A DNA stretch of 64,000 bases from Escherichia phage ECBP2: sequence record NC_018859.1; one strand, 5' to 3'. Both the position numbers and the translations under genes were made by a program. Positions 28,764-35,942 of the stretch are shown here, in pieces. Position 1 is the first letter of the stretch. The number at the start of each line of letters is the position of its first letter. The notes beneath the pieces were generated by a model. It saw only the letters and a program-made list of their open reading frames with translations, searched no databases and was not told where the DNA came from.

Positions 28764-29021
28764 TTACTCCACTGTCGGGAAAGGTTTCAGATTGTTCATA
28801 GCTGTACGAACATCATCACAGATTTCAGGGTCACGATAAGAGAGGAATTTACCATCCTTACCACGAATCATTACATTCGTCCGTGCTGTTTTATTAGGCA
28901 ATAAAGAAATCCCTCCAATAAGATGGTTGGTAGGGTGTTGTCCTTGATTAACCTTGTAGTCATGAGTCTGAGCGTCACCATTAAAGAGATGATCACGAAT
29001 TTGGATTAAGCTAATCTTCAT
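28764..29021 (-). CDS. Small protein, tandem paralogue A
   Basis: Shares TARTNV.IRG.DGKF.S.RD......NLKPFP with 29023..29274. Start MKISLI follows directly after the upstream stop. Confidence 0.5.
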   Translation of the reverse strand: MKISLIQIRDHLFNGDAQTHDYKVNQGQHPTNHLIGGISLLPNKTARTNVMIRGKDGKFLSYRDPEICDDVRTAMNNLKPFPTVE

Positions 29022-29022
29022 A

Positions 29023-29274
29023 TTATGCACCAAAGTTAGGGAAAGGTTTCAGATTTTCAATAGACTCAGCAATACGCTTAGGAACAGCCTTATCACGGAA
29101 GGAGATGAACTTGCCATCAGGACCACGAAGGGCTACATTAGTACGAGCTGTTGTTTTGTTAAACTGAATCATCTCAACAGAGCTTGTAACATTTTCTACA
29201 GGAAAAGTATAGCTCTCAGTTGTGTTCAGAGAAGGGAGGAAATCAGTTACAGTGATGTAAGTTACTTTAGACAT
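29023..29274 (-). CDS. Small protein, tandem paralogue B
   Basis: See 28764..29021. Confidence 0.5.
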   Translation of the reverse strand: MSKVTYITVTDFLPSLNTTESYTFPVENVTSSVEMIQFNKTTARTNVALRGPDGKFISFRDKAVPKRIAESIENLKPFPNFGA

Positions 29275-29295
29275 ATTTATTACCTTAGGTTACAT

Positions 29296-29325
29296 AAAAG
29301 AAAAGGCCACCCGAAATGGGTAGCC
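29296..29325 (-). terminator. Rho-independent terminator
   Basis: Minus strand reads GGCTACCC-ATTTC-GGGTGGCC followed by TTTTCTTTT. Confidence 0.7.
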
Positions 29326-29330
29326 TTATA

Positions 29331-29657
29331 TTAACTTGAGCTTAAAGCTCCTTTTCTAGACTTGACTCCGCCTGCTGATTTTCCAGCACGATCTCCACTT
29401 TTGCCGCCGTTCGAGCGATTTCCAGAGATTGATTCAACACGTAAGTTACTTGACGCATTAGAACCTCCCGACTTGATTGATCGTTTATGTCCAACGTCTT
29501 TACCTCGGACAGCAGCTTTTCCATCGCGCTTTTCAACGATGCGACGTGCACGGTGGCGCTGAGCATCTCCGCTCTTGCTACCAACACCTGTCTCCCCACG
29601 TTTGATTGCAGTTCTTCGTTCTTGTGCATAATCACGTTTCGCCTTATCGGTCATCAT
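29331..29657 (-). CDS. Highly basic G/S/K/R-rich protein
   Basis: SD AAGGAG. Codon third positions match the rest of the phage better than the overlapping alternative frame (29342..29635). Confidence 0.45.
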   Translation of the reverse strand: MMTDKAKRDYAQERRTAIKRGETGVGSKSGDAQRHRARRIVEKRDGKAAVRGKDVGHKRSIKSGGSNASSNLRVESISGNRSNGGKSGDRAGKSAGGVKSRKGALSSS

Positions 29658-29689
29658 AACTCCTTAATATATCAGTGTACACTAAGGAG

Positions 29690-29698
29690 TATACATTA
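29690..29698 (-). promoter_or_regulatory. TAATGTATA motif (candidate phage-sigma promoter)
   Basis: Minus strand reads CATAATGTATACTCC, 33 nt upstream of the ATG at 29657, in the 44 nt gap after phoH. Confidence 0.5.
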
Positions 29699-29701
29699 TG
29701 T

Positions 29702-30439
29702 TTATGATTTTTCAGATTCCATTGCTTTAACAATAGCTTTACAGAAACCTGAACGAACAATATCATCCGATTCGCCATCTACTAGAGCGGCAAATTCAAA
29801 TAACTGGTGACGGTAGATGAAATCAGTAGCCCAATCAAGACCACTCTCACCACGCATGTCGTGCTGGTTAGTGTCCCCCATGCAGAACATCTGAGAGGTT
29901 TCACCAAGACGTGTCATGATTGAATATGCTTCATCAGGAGTAGTGTTCTGGAACTCATCAACAATCACGATAGCATCGTTGAACGAGCGACCACGTAGAT
30001 ATTCCAGAGGTACGAACTCAATATTACCATTACCTACTTGACATTCGTAGAAACCTTTACCGTAGCGCTGAGTAATAACATCAACGATTGGCATTAGGTA
30101 TGGTTCAAACTTCTCACGAAGCCCACCGGGAAGTAATCCAAGACTATTACCCATACCAACAGCAGGTCGGCTTAGGATAATCTTCTCAATCTTCCCACTC
30201 TTCAGAGCATCAATCACTGTAGAAGTGATTACGAAGGTCTTACCACAACCAGCAGGAGCATCTGTGAATACAACCTGTTTGGTTTTAATTGCATCAAGCA
30301 GCTCACTCTGGAATTGGTTCTGAGGTACTACCGGCTTAGCAAGAACTACTTCTTCAAATTCCCGCTTTCCTTTCTTGGTGACGAGAGCTTCACGACGTAA
30401 TTCTCTCCGTGACGCTTTCCGAGATTCTCTACGACTCAT
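29702..30439 (-). CDS. phoH: PhoH-like ATPase
   Basis: Walker A DAPAGCGKTF, IVDEFQN and the RG.S motif region are typical of PhoH. Confidence 0.85.
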   Translation of the reverse strand: MSRRESRKASRRELRREALVTKKGKREFEEVVLAKPVVPQNQFQSELLDAIKTKQVVFTDAPAGCGKTFVITSTVIDALKSGKIEKIILSRPAVGMGNSLGLLPGGLREKFEPYLMPIVDVITQRYGKGFYECQVGNGNIEFVPLEYLRGRSFNDAIVIVDEFQNTTPDEAYSIMTRLGETSQMFCMGDTNQHDMRGESGLDWATDFIYRHQLFEFAALVDGESDDIVRSGFCKAIVKAMESEKS

Positions 30440-30617
30440 TTCCTACCTCCGTGTTCTTCATATAAGAAGCTACAGGATTTACACTCTGAGCAATGGATAC
30501 CTATAACCTTAATTTCGACAAACTTCTTATTCTTCCCTTTAGTCGGGGAGCCTTTGGCAAGCTCCCGTATTACTTTCGAGTTCAAATGGAGAAGAGTTGA
30601 TTCACATTTAAAACATT

Positions 30618-30938
30618 TCAGATTGATTTGTCCTTATGTAAACGGTATACTTCAGTAGCCATACAAGCAATACGCTCGTCATGTGGGAGATGCATACCAG
30701 TAGAGCCGTTCCATCCTTCGAACTCTGAATCAAAGAATCCAACAGGCTCGGGATACATCTCTTGCAAAGTGGTTAAGTCATCAGCCACTTGTTGCCATTT
30801 GTCATCAGACCAGATTGGGTCATCCAACCAATAATACAGATAGGAATGGATAAGCATCTGCGTTCTGTGTCGTTTAATCACTTCAGCAGGACTAATCTCG
30901 TTTCCGTTAACAGTCCTAAATGTATTATCATTAATCAT
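30618..30938 (-). CDS. Stand-alone protein resembling domain Ia of NAD-dependent DNA ligase
   Basis: HSYLYYWLDDPIWSDDKWQQVADDLTTLQEMYPEP aligns with E. coli LigA [35 protein letters not shown]. No adenylation domain follows. Confidence 0.45.
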   Translation of the reverse strand: MINDNTFRTVNGNEISPAEVIKRHRTQMLIHSYLYYWLDDPIWSDDKWQQVADDLTTLQEMYPEPVGFFDSEFEGWNGSTGMHLPHDERIACMATEVYRLHKDKSI

Positions 30939-31414
30939 TCCAAAACCCTTTCTTCTAAATCGTAAAAGATTTGATTTGTCCCATTATTCTCAACAAGCAC
31001 TGTTCCATTATCTAACAGGGTAGCAACTTGGGAATAAGGAATGTTCTTTAACATCAGAGCATTAATGGTCGGCTTATTTTTGAAGTAAGCGACAGGCTCA
31101 ACATAGAAGGAAATCCCACGACTTCCTTTAATTGGAGTGCTAGAAGATAGAACCCAAATTGTTTCTGGCTTGTCTATTTCCTTTTCAACACCAACCTCAA
31201 CAAGTGAGTCAGCAGCGAAACCTACAGGACGACTAGAAGAGCCAAGTGCCCGAATAAATCCTGGCAATTTTGACATGTTAGACCAACTACCAGTGTTTTC
31301 ATTAAACACAGGTCTTACGTCTCCATATGCCCAAACCAGATTATCATAGTCACGGGCTATGTATTTAACCCAATCAGGAACATCATACTCCCTTCCTTCA
31401 AAAATAACTTTCAT
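30935..31414 (-). CDS. Hypothetical protein
   Basis: 159 aa with an ATGA overlap. Confidence 0.5.
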   Translation of the reverse strand: MKVIFEGREYDVPDWVKYIARDYDNLVWAYGDVRPVFNENTGSWSNMSKLPGFIRALGSSSRPVGFAADSLVEVGVEKEIDKPETIWVLSSSTPIKGSRGISFYVEPVAYFKNKPTINALMLKNIPYSQVATLLDNGTVLVENNGTNQIFYDLEERVLE

Positions 31415-31684
31415 TTAGATAACCTTGTGCTTATAGATGTTAGGGTTGAAGTAGTGCAACCAGTTTATATATTGTTTCTGTTCGAGGTAGTGCCTGCAAT
31501 CATGACAAAAAGCATGACCCAAACCTGTTTCCTCATTCAGTTTGAAATTGATAAGAAGCTTCTGCTTTCGACAGAAGCTACATGCTTTAGTGGGCTTCAC
31601 GTAATGCATCCCAAGAGATTGGATATATTTTACGAAGCTCTTCATCAATTGTTGATGCGAACACTCGTACTTCGTACTGAGCAT
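31415..31684 (-). CDS. Small zinc-ribbon protein; start uncertain (overlaps thyX 3' end)
   Basis: CSFCRK...CHDCRH Cys pairs. The true start is probably an internal Met. Confidence 0.4.
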   Translation of the reverse strand: MLSTKYECSHQQLMKSFVKYIQSLGMHYVKPTKACSFCRKQKLLINFKLNEETGLGHAFCHDCRHYLEQKQYINWLHYFNPNIYKHKVI

Positions 31685-32237
31685 GGTCTGACAGTCGCTG
31701 ACGACACAACTCTGACCAACCGTATAGAGAACCAGTCCATACCCACTCAGTGATCATACCCTGAGGTAATACGAATCGAGCTTGTTCTGGAGCAATGAAC
31801 TTAATCAATTCATCGTACGACTCAAGAGCTGTTTCATATGCTCGGTTAATCAGAACTAGTGCAGAGTTTTGTGCTCCTGTGGTGAGGAGATTCCCTGCAC
31901 CTGCATGGAGGTCCGAAGGTCTTTCAAAAATCTCTTTAGGGATGAAGAGTTCAACTGCTCCATCTTTATACCGCCGGGACATTTCGTTCCACGAGAATCC
32001 AACTTGGTGTTTATTGAGTTGTCTAGCAATTGCAATGGGAGCCTTACACCGAAAGGTGATTTGAGGGTGTCGAAAAGGAGTCACATGACGTTCCCGAGCT
32101 AAGAATTTAATCAACCGCTCGTCACGTTCGTTCAGATCACCATCTCGTGTCACACCAAAGGAAACCCTTGCTGCATTGACCACAGATTTGTCGGAACCCA
32201 TGTGCTCTACCAGTGTTGCTTTTAAAAAATCAGACAT
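31587..32237 (-). CDS. thyX: Flavin-dependent thymidylate synthase (ThyX-like, divergent signature)
   Basis: RHVTPFRH and KHQVGFSWNEMSRRY sit at the positions of ThyX H.SP.EH and RHR..S....S.R. The first and third Arg of the signature are replaced. Confidence 0.7.
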   Translation of the reverse strand: MSDFLKATLVEHMGSDKSVVNAARVSFGVTRDGDLNERDERLIKFLARERHVTPFRHPQITFRCKAPIAIARQLNKHQVGFSWNEMSRRYKDGAVELFIPKEIFERPSDLHAGAGNLLTTGAQNSALVLINRAYETALESYDELIKFIAPEQARFVLPQGMITEWVWTGSLYGWSELCRQRLSDHAQYEVRVFASTIDEELRKIYPISWDALREAH

Positions 32238-32697
32238 ACTTCAACTTCTCCTTGTTGTAAATTTCTTCTGCCTCTTCGCAAGAAGCAAAAGTTCCTAAAT
32301 GTATATTCTTACCTTTGACGCCGATAATGGCTCGATATTTATCACCAGAAGCTGTCTTACGAAGATACACACCTCTAGGAAGATTTCCTATCTTGTTATC
32401 AACATCGTACTGCCTTCTGTTATGACAGTTAGTAGATGGATTCACATCTCTTAGGTTATCAATTGAGTCATTAAGTTTGTTCTGGTCAATGTGGTCAATT
32501 TCAAACTCAGGGAATTTTCCATGAACAAAGAACCAAGCAAGACGGCAAGCTCTGTAGCTTTTCCCTTCATGCTCAATGTAACGATAACCTAGAGAAGATA
32601 CATACCCAGCTTGATTTCCTTTAACCCTTCGACCTTTTGTGTTCTTCCAGAAGAAGTCTCCAGTCTTAGGGTTGTATTCCAAGTCGTCTTGTATCAT
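32230..32697 (-). CDS. HNH homing endonuclease with AP2 DNA-binding domain (free-standing)
   Basis: IDHIDQNKLNDSIDNLRDVNPSTNCHN (HNH) and GVYLRKTASGDKYRAIIGVKGKNIHLGTFASCEEAEEIY (AP2). Confidence 0.8.
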   Translation of the reverse strand: MIQDDLEYNPKTGDFFWKNTKGRRVKGNQAGYVSSLGYRYIEHEGKSYRACRLAWFFVHGKFPEFEIDHIDQNKLNDSIDNLRDVNPSTNCHNRRQYDVDNKIGNLPRGVYLRKTASGDKYRAIIGVKGKNIHLGTFASCEEAEEIYNKEKLKYV

Positions 32698-32704
32698 TTC
32701 TTAC

Positions 32705-32920
32705 TTAATAGTGAATCTTTTTATAAATCAGGTTGCTTCCACTTTCTGTTTCAATCCCTTTCTGGATTGTAACTTTAGAAGCACCGGTATTAGCAATTTT
32801 TAAAGCTCGCTTAAACCGGCGAGCCTCTTTCCGTGTGGAGTATGTTGAGAAGCTAGGGATTGTGCTATCAAAATTAAACCACTTAACTACCCAAAAAGTA
32901 ATCCAAGGTTTCTTTTCCAT
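32705..32920 (-). CDS. Small basic protein, family member 1 of 3
   Basis: Shares W-rich N-terminus, TR.EAR..K and the C-terminal K(V/I)(H/Y)Y with 34785..35000 and 35000..35212. Confidence 0.5.
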   Translation of the reverse strand: MEKKPWITFWVVKWFNFDSTIPSFSTYSTRKEARRFKRALKIANTGASKVTIQKGIETESGSNLIYKKIHY

Positions 32921-32921
32921 A

Positions 32922-33197
32922 TTAAATACCTTTCAGAGCCGTGTCTAAAAATGCACGGAGATTAGATTCAGTTTGCATACCTGATAAACTATAATGAGCA
33001 CCACTATTCTTATCAGGGACGACAAAGGCTGGGATACTGCGAACACCGTATTCAATGGCTCGCTCTCGACCATTACCTTCAGAGATATTTACTTCTTCAA
33101 CTTCTACACTGTAGTCAGCCACAACCTTCTTAAACACAGGAGCCATAGCTGCACATGGAGCACATGAATTACTATAAAACTTAATTACTTTACTCAT
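32922..33197 (-). CDS. Thioredoxin
   Basis: FYSNSCAPCAAMAP CxxC active site. Start MSKVIKF has AAGGAA upstream. Confidence 0.8.
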   Translation of the reverse strand: MSKVIKFYSNSCAPCAAMAPVFKKVVADYSVEVEEVNISEGNGRERAIEYGVRSIPAFVVPDKNSGAHYSLSGMQTESNLRAFLDTALKGI

Positions 33198-33198
33198 T

Positions 33199-33375
33199 CT
33201 ATTCCTTGTTAATAAACAGGTTGATATGACGCTGGGTAGCAGGAACAACAATAAAAGATTTATACTGACCTTTTGCTAAGTCATGAGCAATCTTCTTTGT
33301 CTGACCAAGACCCATCACACAGCCACTAACGATAATGGCATGTGCTTGTAATTCTTCAGGTAGGTTTAGTTTCAC
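33199..33375 (-). CDS. Hypothetical small protein (58 aa, below ORF-track cutoff)
   Basis: GTG start 9 nt after AAGGAA. Fills an otherwise empty 190 nt gap. Confidence 0.3.
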   Translation of the reverse strand: MKLNLPEELQAHAIIVSGCVMGLGQTKKIAHDLAKGQYKSFIVVPATQRHINLFINKE

Positions 33376-33387
33376 TCTTTAGATTCC

Positions 33388-33573
33388 TTATAGCATACAA
33401 AGAATAATAACAAGAGGTAGTGTTATAGCAAAATGTACCAGAACAACACTACCTAGCTTGATAGCTTTAACATCCTCTTCTGCTGGGTTTTCTTTAATTG
33501 CTAAATTTCGAGCTTTATATATAACAGTACCAACTATTAACGACCACACGGCCCACACAATCAGTGAAATCAT
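33388..33573 (-). CDS. Two-TM small membrane protein, tandem paralogue A
   Basis: ISLIVWAVWSLIVGTVIY...KENP....K.IK.GS..LV.F aligns with the adjacent gene. Confidence 0.5.
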   Translation of the reverse strand: MISLIVWAVWSLIVGTVIYKARNLAIKENPAEEDVKAIKLGSVVLVHFAITLPLVIILCML

Positions 33574-33582
33574 ATCAAACCC

Positions 33583-33762
33583 TTATGCAGTCAACAGGTG
33601 GAGAAGGAAAGGAATGACAACAGAGAAAATTACCAGAGCAATGCTGCCATGTTTAATGGGTTTAGCATCATTCGGATTTTCTTTAAGCATCTGTTTCTGA
33701 GCCAGATAAACGATACCACCAACAAGAATTGCCCACACAGACCATACGATTGCTGAAAACAT
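33583..33762 (-). CDS. Two-TM small membrane protein, tandem paralogue B
   Basis: The start is moved to MFSAIVWSVW (SD AAGGATG) to match its paralogue. Confidence 0.5.
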   Translation of the reverse strand: MFSAIVWSVWAILVGGIVYLAQKQMLKENPNDAKPIKHGSIALVIFSVVIPFLLHLLTA

Positions 33763-33825
33763 ATTCACATCCTTATAAAGAAGTTCGCCCCACCTCTTAA
33801 ACAAAGAGACAGGGCGGAGGTTTGA

Positions 33826-34392
33826 TTAGTAAGACACGTCACCACTAGAGTGGGACATGTTGCTCTTGACGAAGTAACAGAACTTGCCAAGACCTTCATT
33901 AATTTCTTGAAGCATACTCTGGTCTACTGGATAGGTGCACAAGTCTGAATCAAACTCGTCCATCTTTTCAATGATACACATCAGAGTCATGCACATGTCG
34001 GAAAGCATACCGTCCATGTCGAGATCAGCACTACCTTCTCTGAACCAAGCACAACTAAGATAGCTACTAGCTGTTGCATCCACTTTGATACAGTGATAAC
34101 GCATTCGCTCAGCTACTCGGTCTCCTGTTTCACGAGCATAGTCTTCTAATTCATCGAACATACCATGAACACCTTGGAAACCAGCTCCAGAGACGTTCCA
34201 GTGGTAATTCTTTGCTTTGATGTGTAGAAGCTCAAGGTTAGCCTGCACACCGCATAGGATGTGCTCTAGACTGTTACCGCTGATCAGTTTATTCATTCCC
34301 TCAAGACGAGAGATAGAGGAGTCAGTTGTAGAGAATGGGTTACTAGAACCCACTCGTGTTAGTTCAGGTAAGTCGAAGACATTATTATGCAT
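33826..34392 (-). CDS. Dps/ferritin-like protein
   Basis: KAKNYHWNVSGAGFQGVHGMFDELEDYARETGDRVAERM matches the Dps ferroxidase-site helix pattern (HWN..G..F...H..F.E). Confidence 0.7.
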   Translation of the reverse strand: MHNNVFDLPELTRVGSSNPFSTTDSSISRLEGMNKLISGNSLEHILCGVQANLELLHIKAKNYHWNVSGAGFQGVHGMFDELEDYARETGDRVAERMRYHCIKVDATASSYLSCAWFREGSADLDMDGMLSDMCMTLMCIIEKMDEFDSDLCTYPVDQSMLQEINEGLGKFCYFVKSNMSHSSGDVSY

Positions 34393-34714
34393 TAGGAGTC
34401 TCTCCTTCTAAGTTGGTTGAATTGGCTACGTTACGAGCAATGTTGTCCATGACCTGCTGGGTAATAACAATGCAATTCTGTGGGTCTACAGACTTAGAAC
34501 GCCCCATTTCAGGGTCATAAACCTTAACACGTTTGGCTGTTGAGCCAGTAACTTGCAACACTTTGAGAAGATAACCTTGATTTCCAATAGACCATGCAAC
34601 AACATCACGATTCTTGATATAACGACCAAGCATATCACGATGATAGAACTGCTGCATAACTTTAGCTTTGCTAATCTCTTCAGATGGCGGGGCCACTTTA
34701 CTCAAATCTAACAT
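34385..34714 (-). CDS. Hypothetical protein
   Basis: Start set at MLDLSK because AGGAGAG lies 5 nt upstream. Lies behind an AAATGTATA motif. Confidence 0.5.
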   Translation of the reverse strand: MLDLSKVAPPSEEISKAKVMQQFYHRDMLGRYIKNRDVVAWSIGNQGYLLKVLQVTGSTAKRVKVYDPEMGRSKSVDPQNCIVITQQVMDNIARNVANSTNLEGETPNA

Positions 34715-34751
34715 AACTCTCTCCTGTTTCATACAATATTCTTATACTGTA

Positions 34752-34760
34752 TATACATTT
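34752..34760 (-). promoter_or_regulatory. AAATGTATA (one mismatch to TAATGTATA), candidate phage-sigma promoter
   Basis: Minus strand reads CAAATGTATATACAG in the 52 nt gap upstream of 34385..34714. Confidence 0.4.
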
Positions 34761-34784
34761 GAGAGTTATCATATCTACTACCAA

Positions 34785-35000
34785 CTAGTAATAAACCTTG
34801 CTGGATATGAATCCAGCACTGTTCTGGATATTTTCAATCCAACGATGAATCTCCACCTTTTCAGCGATTCCTAAAGCTTTTGTAGCTTTTATAGTTTTCT
34901 TAGCAAGACGAGCCTCTTGTCTTGTGTTGAATAATTGAATACAATCACCACCAAGAGCTTTGTTAGCCCATTTAGTACGAACTGCCCATAATTTATCCAT
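34785..35000 (-). CDS. Small basic protein, family member 2 of 3
   Basis: See 32705..32920. Confidence 0.5.
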   Translation of the reverse strand: MDKLWAVRTKWANKALGGDCIQLFNTRQEARLAKKTIKATKALGIAEKVEIHRWIENIQNSAGFISSKVYY

Positions 35001-35212
35001 TAGTAATGTACCTTTCCGCTGATATAGAAACGACCTGATTTAAAGTCTTGAGCTTTGTGGATAGTGATCTTATTAATTGTGCTTTCACAACTTAACAAGA
35101 ACTTCTTATGAGCGCGAGCTTCTTGACGGGTATTCCTAATACCCATTGACTCTGTACCACTGCTCCAGTGAATACGAACTACCCAACGTCTTTTCATTGT
35201 TCCAAACTCCAT
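35000..35212 (-). CDS. Small basic protein, family member 3 of 3
   Basis: See 32705..32920. Confidence 0.5.
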   Translation of the reverse strand: MEFGTMKRRWVVRIHWSSGTESMGIRNTRQEARAHKKFLLSCESTINKITIHKAQDFKSGRFYISGKVHY

Positions 35213-35403
35213 TATCTGTCAACCGATTTAGGGACAAACTGCATTACACAGACCTGATTACGAGGGAGATTTATTTCACAAGCGGCTCTTCTCGTCTCAA
35301 TCTTAACGCTAGAATCTGGACCAACGTTAGATATAAATACTCCCATAGCAAATGCCCCAACTACAAAACCAATAGCTAAGTAAGTAGCTTTTTCTTCTTT
35401 CAT
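35212..35403 (-). CDS. Small membrane-anchored protein
   Basis: N-terminal TM YLAIGFVVGAFAMGVFI. Confidence 0.45.
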   Translation of the reverse strand: MKEEKATYLAIGFVVGAFAMGVFISNVGPDSSVKIETRRAACEINLPRNQVCVMQFVPKSVDR

Positions 35404-35408
35404 CTTGG

Positions 35409-35942
35409 TTATACACCTTTAGATGCAACTACACCTTCAGAGTTATTATAACGACCCTTCACTGCATAGGAGTGTTCCCCTGCATGAGAGTGCTCAAACA
35501 TCACCATCTGACCAACACGCATACCAGCACGAACTCGTAAGCTGTGGTTGTGAGTAACGTTATGGAATTCAAAGGTTAGCTTACTGCTATTAAACCCTGC
35601 ATCAGCCCAACCAGCATGAAGGTGGTTCAAACCACAACGAGCCATTGAGGAGCGGAGTACAAACAGGCTTGAGATATTATCTGGAAGGTTAAACTCTTCC
35701 ATCGAGTGAGCTAAGAAGAACTGTCCCGGAGTGATAACGATACCATCTTCAGGGATTTTTACTTCTTTCCACTTGAGGTTTTCTTTAGCATCAATGTCAA
35801 CAATGCCGTCAGCCTGTTCTTCAACAAGGATAGTATCACCAATACGGATATCCACGCTAGCAGCGTTAACATATTTATGCTCCGCATCTAAAAAGCCATT
35901 ATCAATAACGCTGTGTAATTCTTGAGAACCTAAAAGACTCAT
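35409..35942 (-). CDS. dcd: dCTP deaminase (dUTPase-fold)
   Basis: ASVDIRIGD, LRSSMARCGL and AGWADAGF...L.FEF.N align along the whole length with E. coli Dcd. Confidence 0.85.
   Translation of the reverse strand: MSLLGSQELHSVIDNGFLDAEHKYVNAASVDIRIGDTILVEEQADGIVDIDAKENLKWKEVKIPEDGIVITPGQFFLAHSMEEFNLPDNISSLFVLRSSMARCGLNHLHAGWADAGFNSSKLTFEFHNVTHNHSLRVRAGMRVGQMVMFEHSHAGEHSYAVKGRYNNSEGVVASKGV

Noticed and set aside
29342-29635. 97-aa helical ORF overlapping 29331..29657 in another frame on the same strand
   Set aside because: It has no SD and starts at an internal GTG. Its third codon positions are G-rich, unlike the rest of the genome, whereas the basic frame has a strong SD and phage-like codon usage. 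This is not fully excluded, and an overprinted gene remains possible.
30440-30617. Possible ~49-codon ORF (…IHCSECKSCSF…) filling the gap upstream of phoH and ending in ATGA overlap
   Set aside because: The only candidate start is a TTG without any SD, and the frame stays open upstream into the preceding gene. This is insufficient evidence, so the gap may be regulatory.
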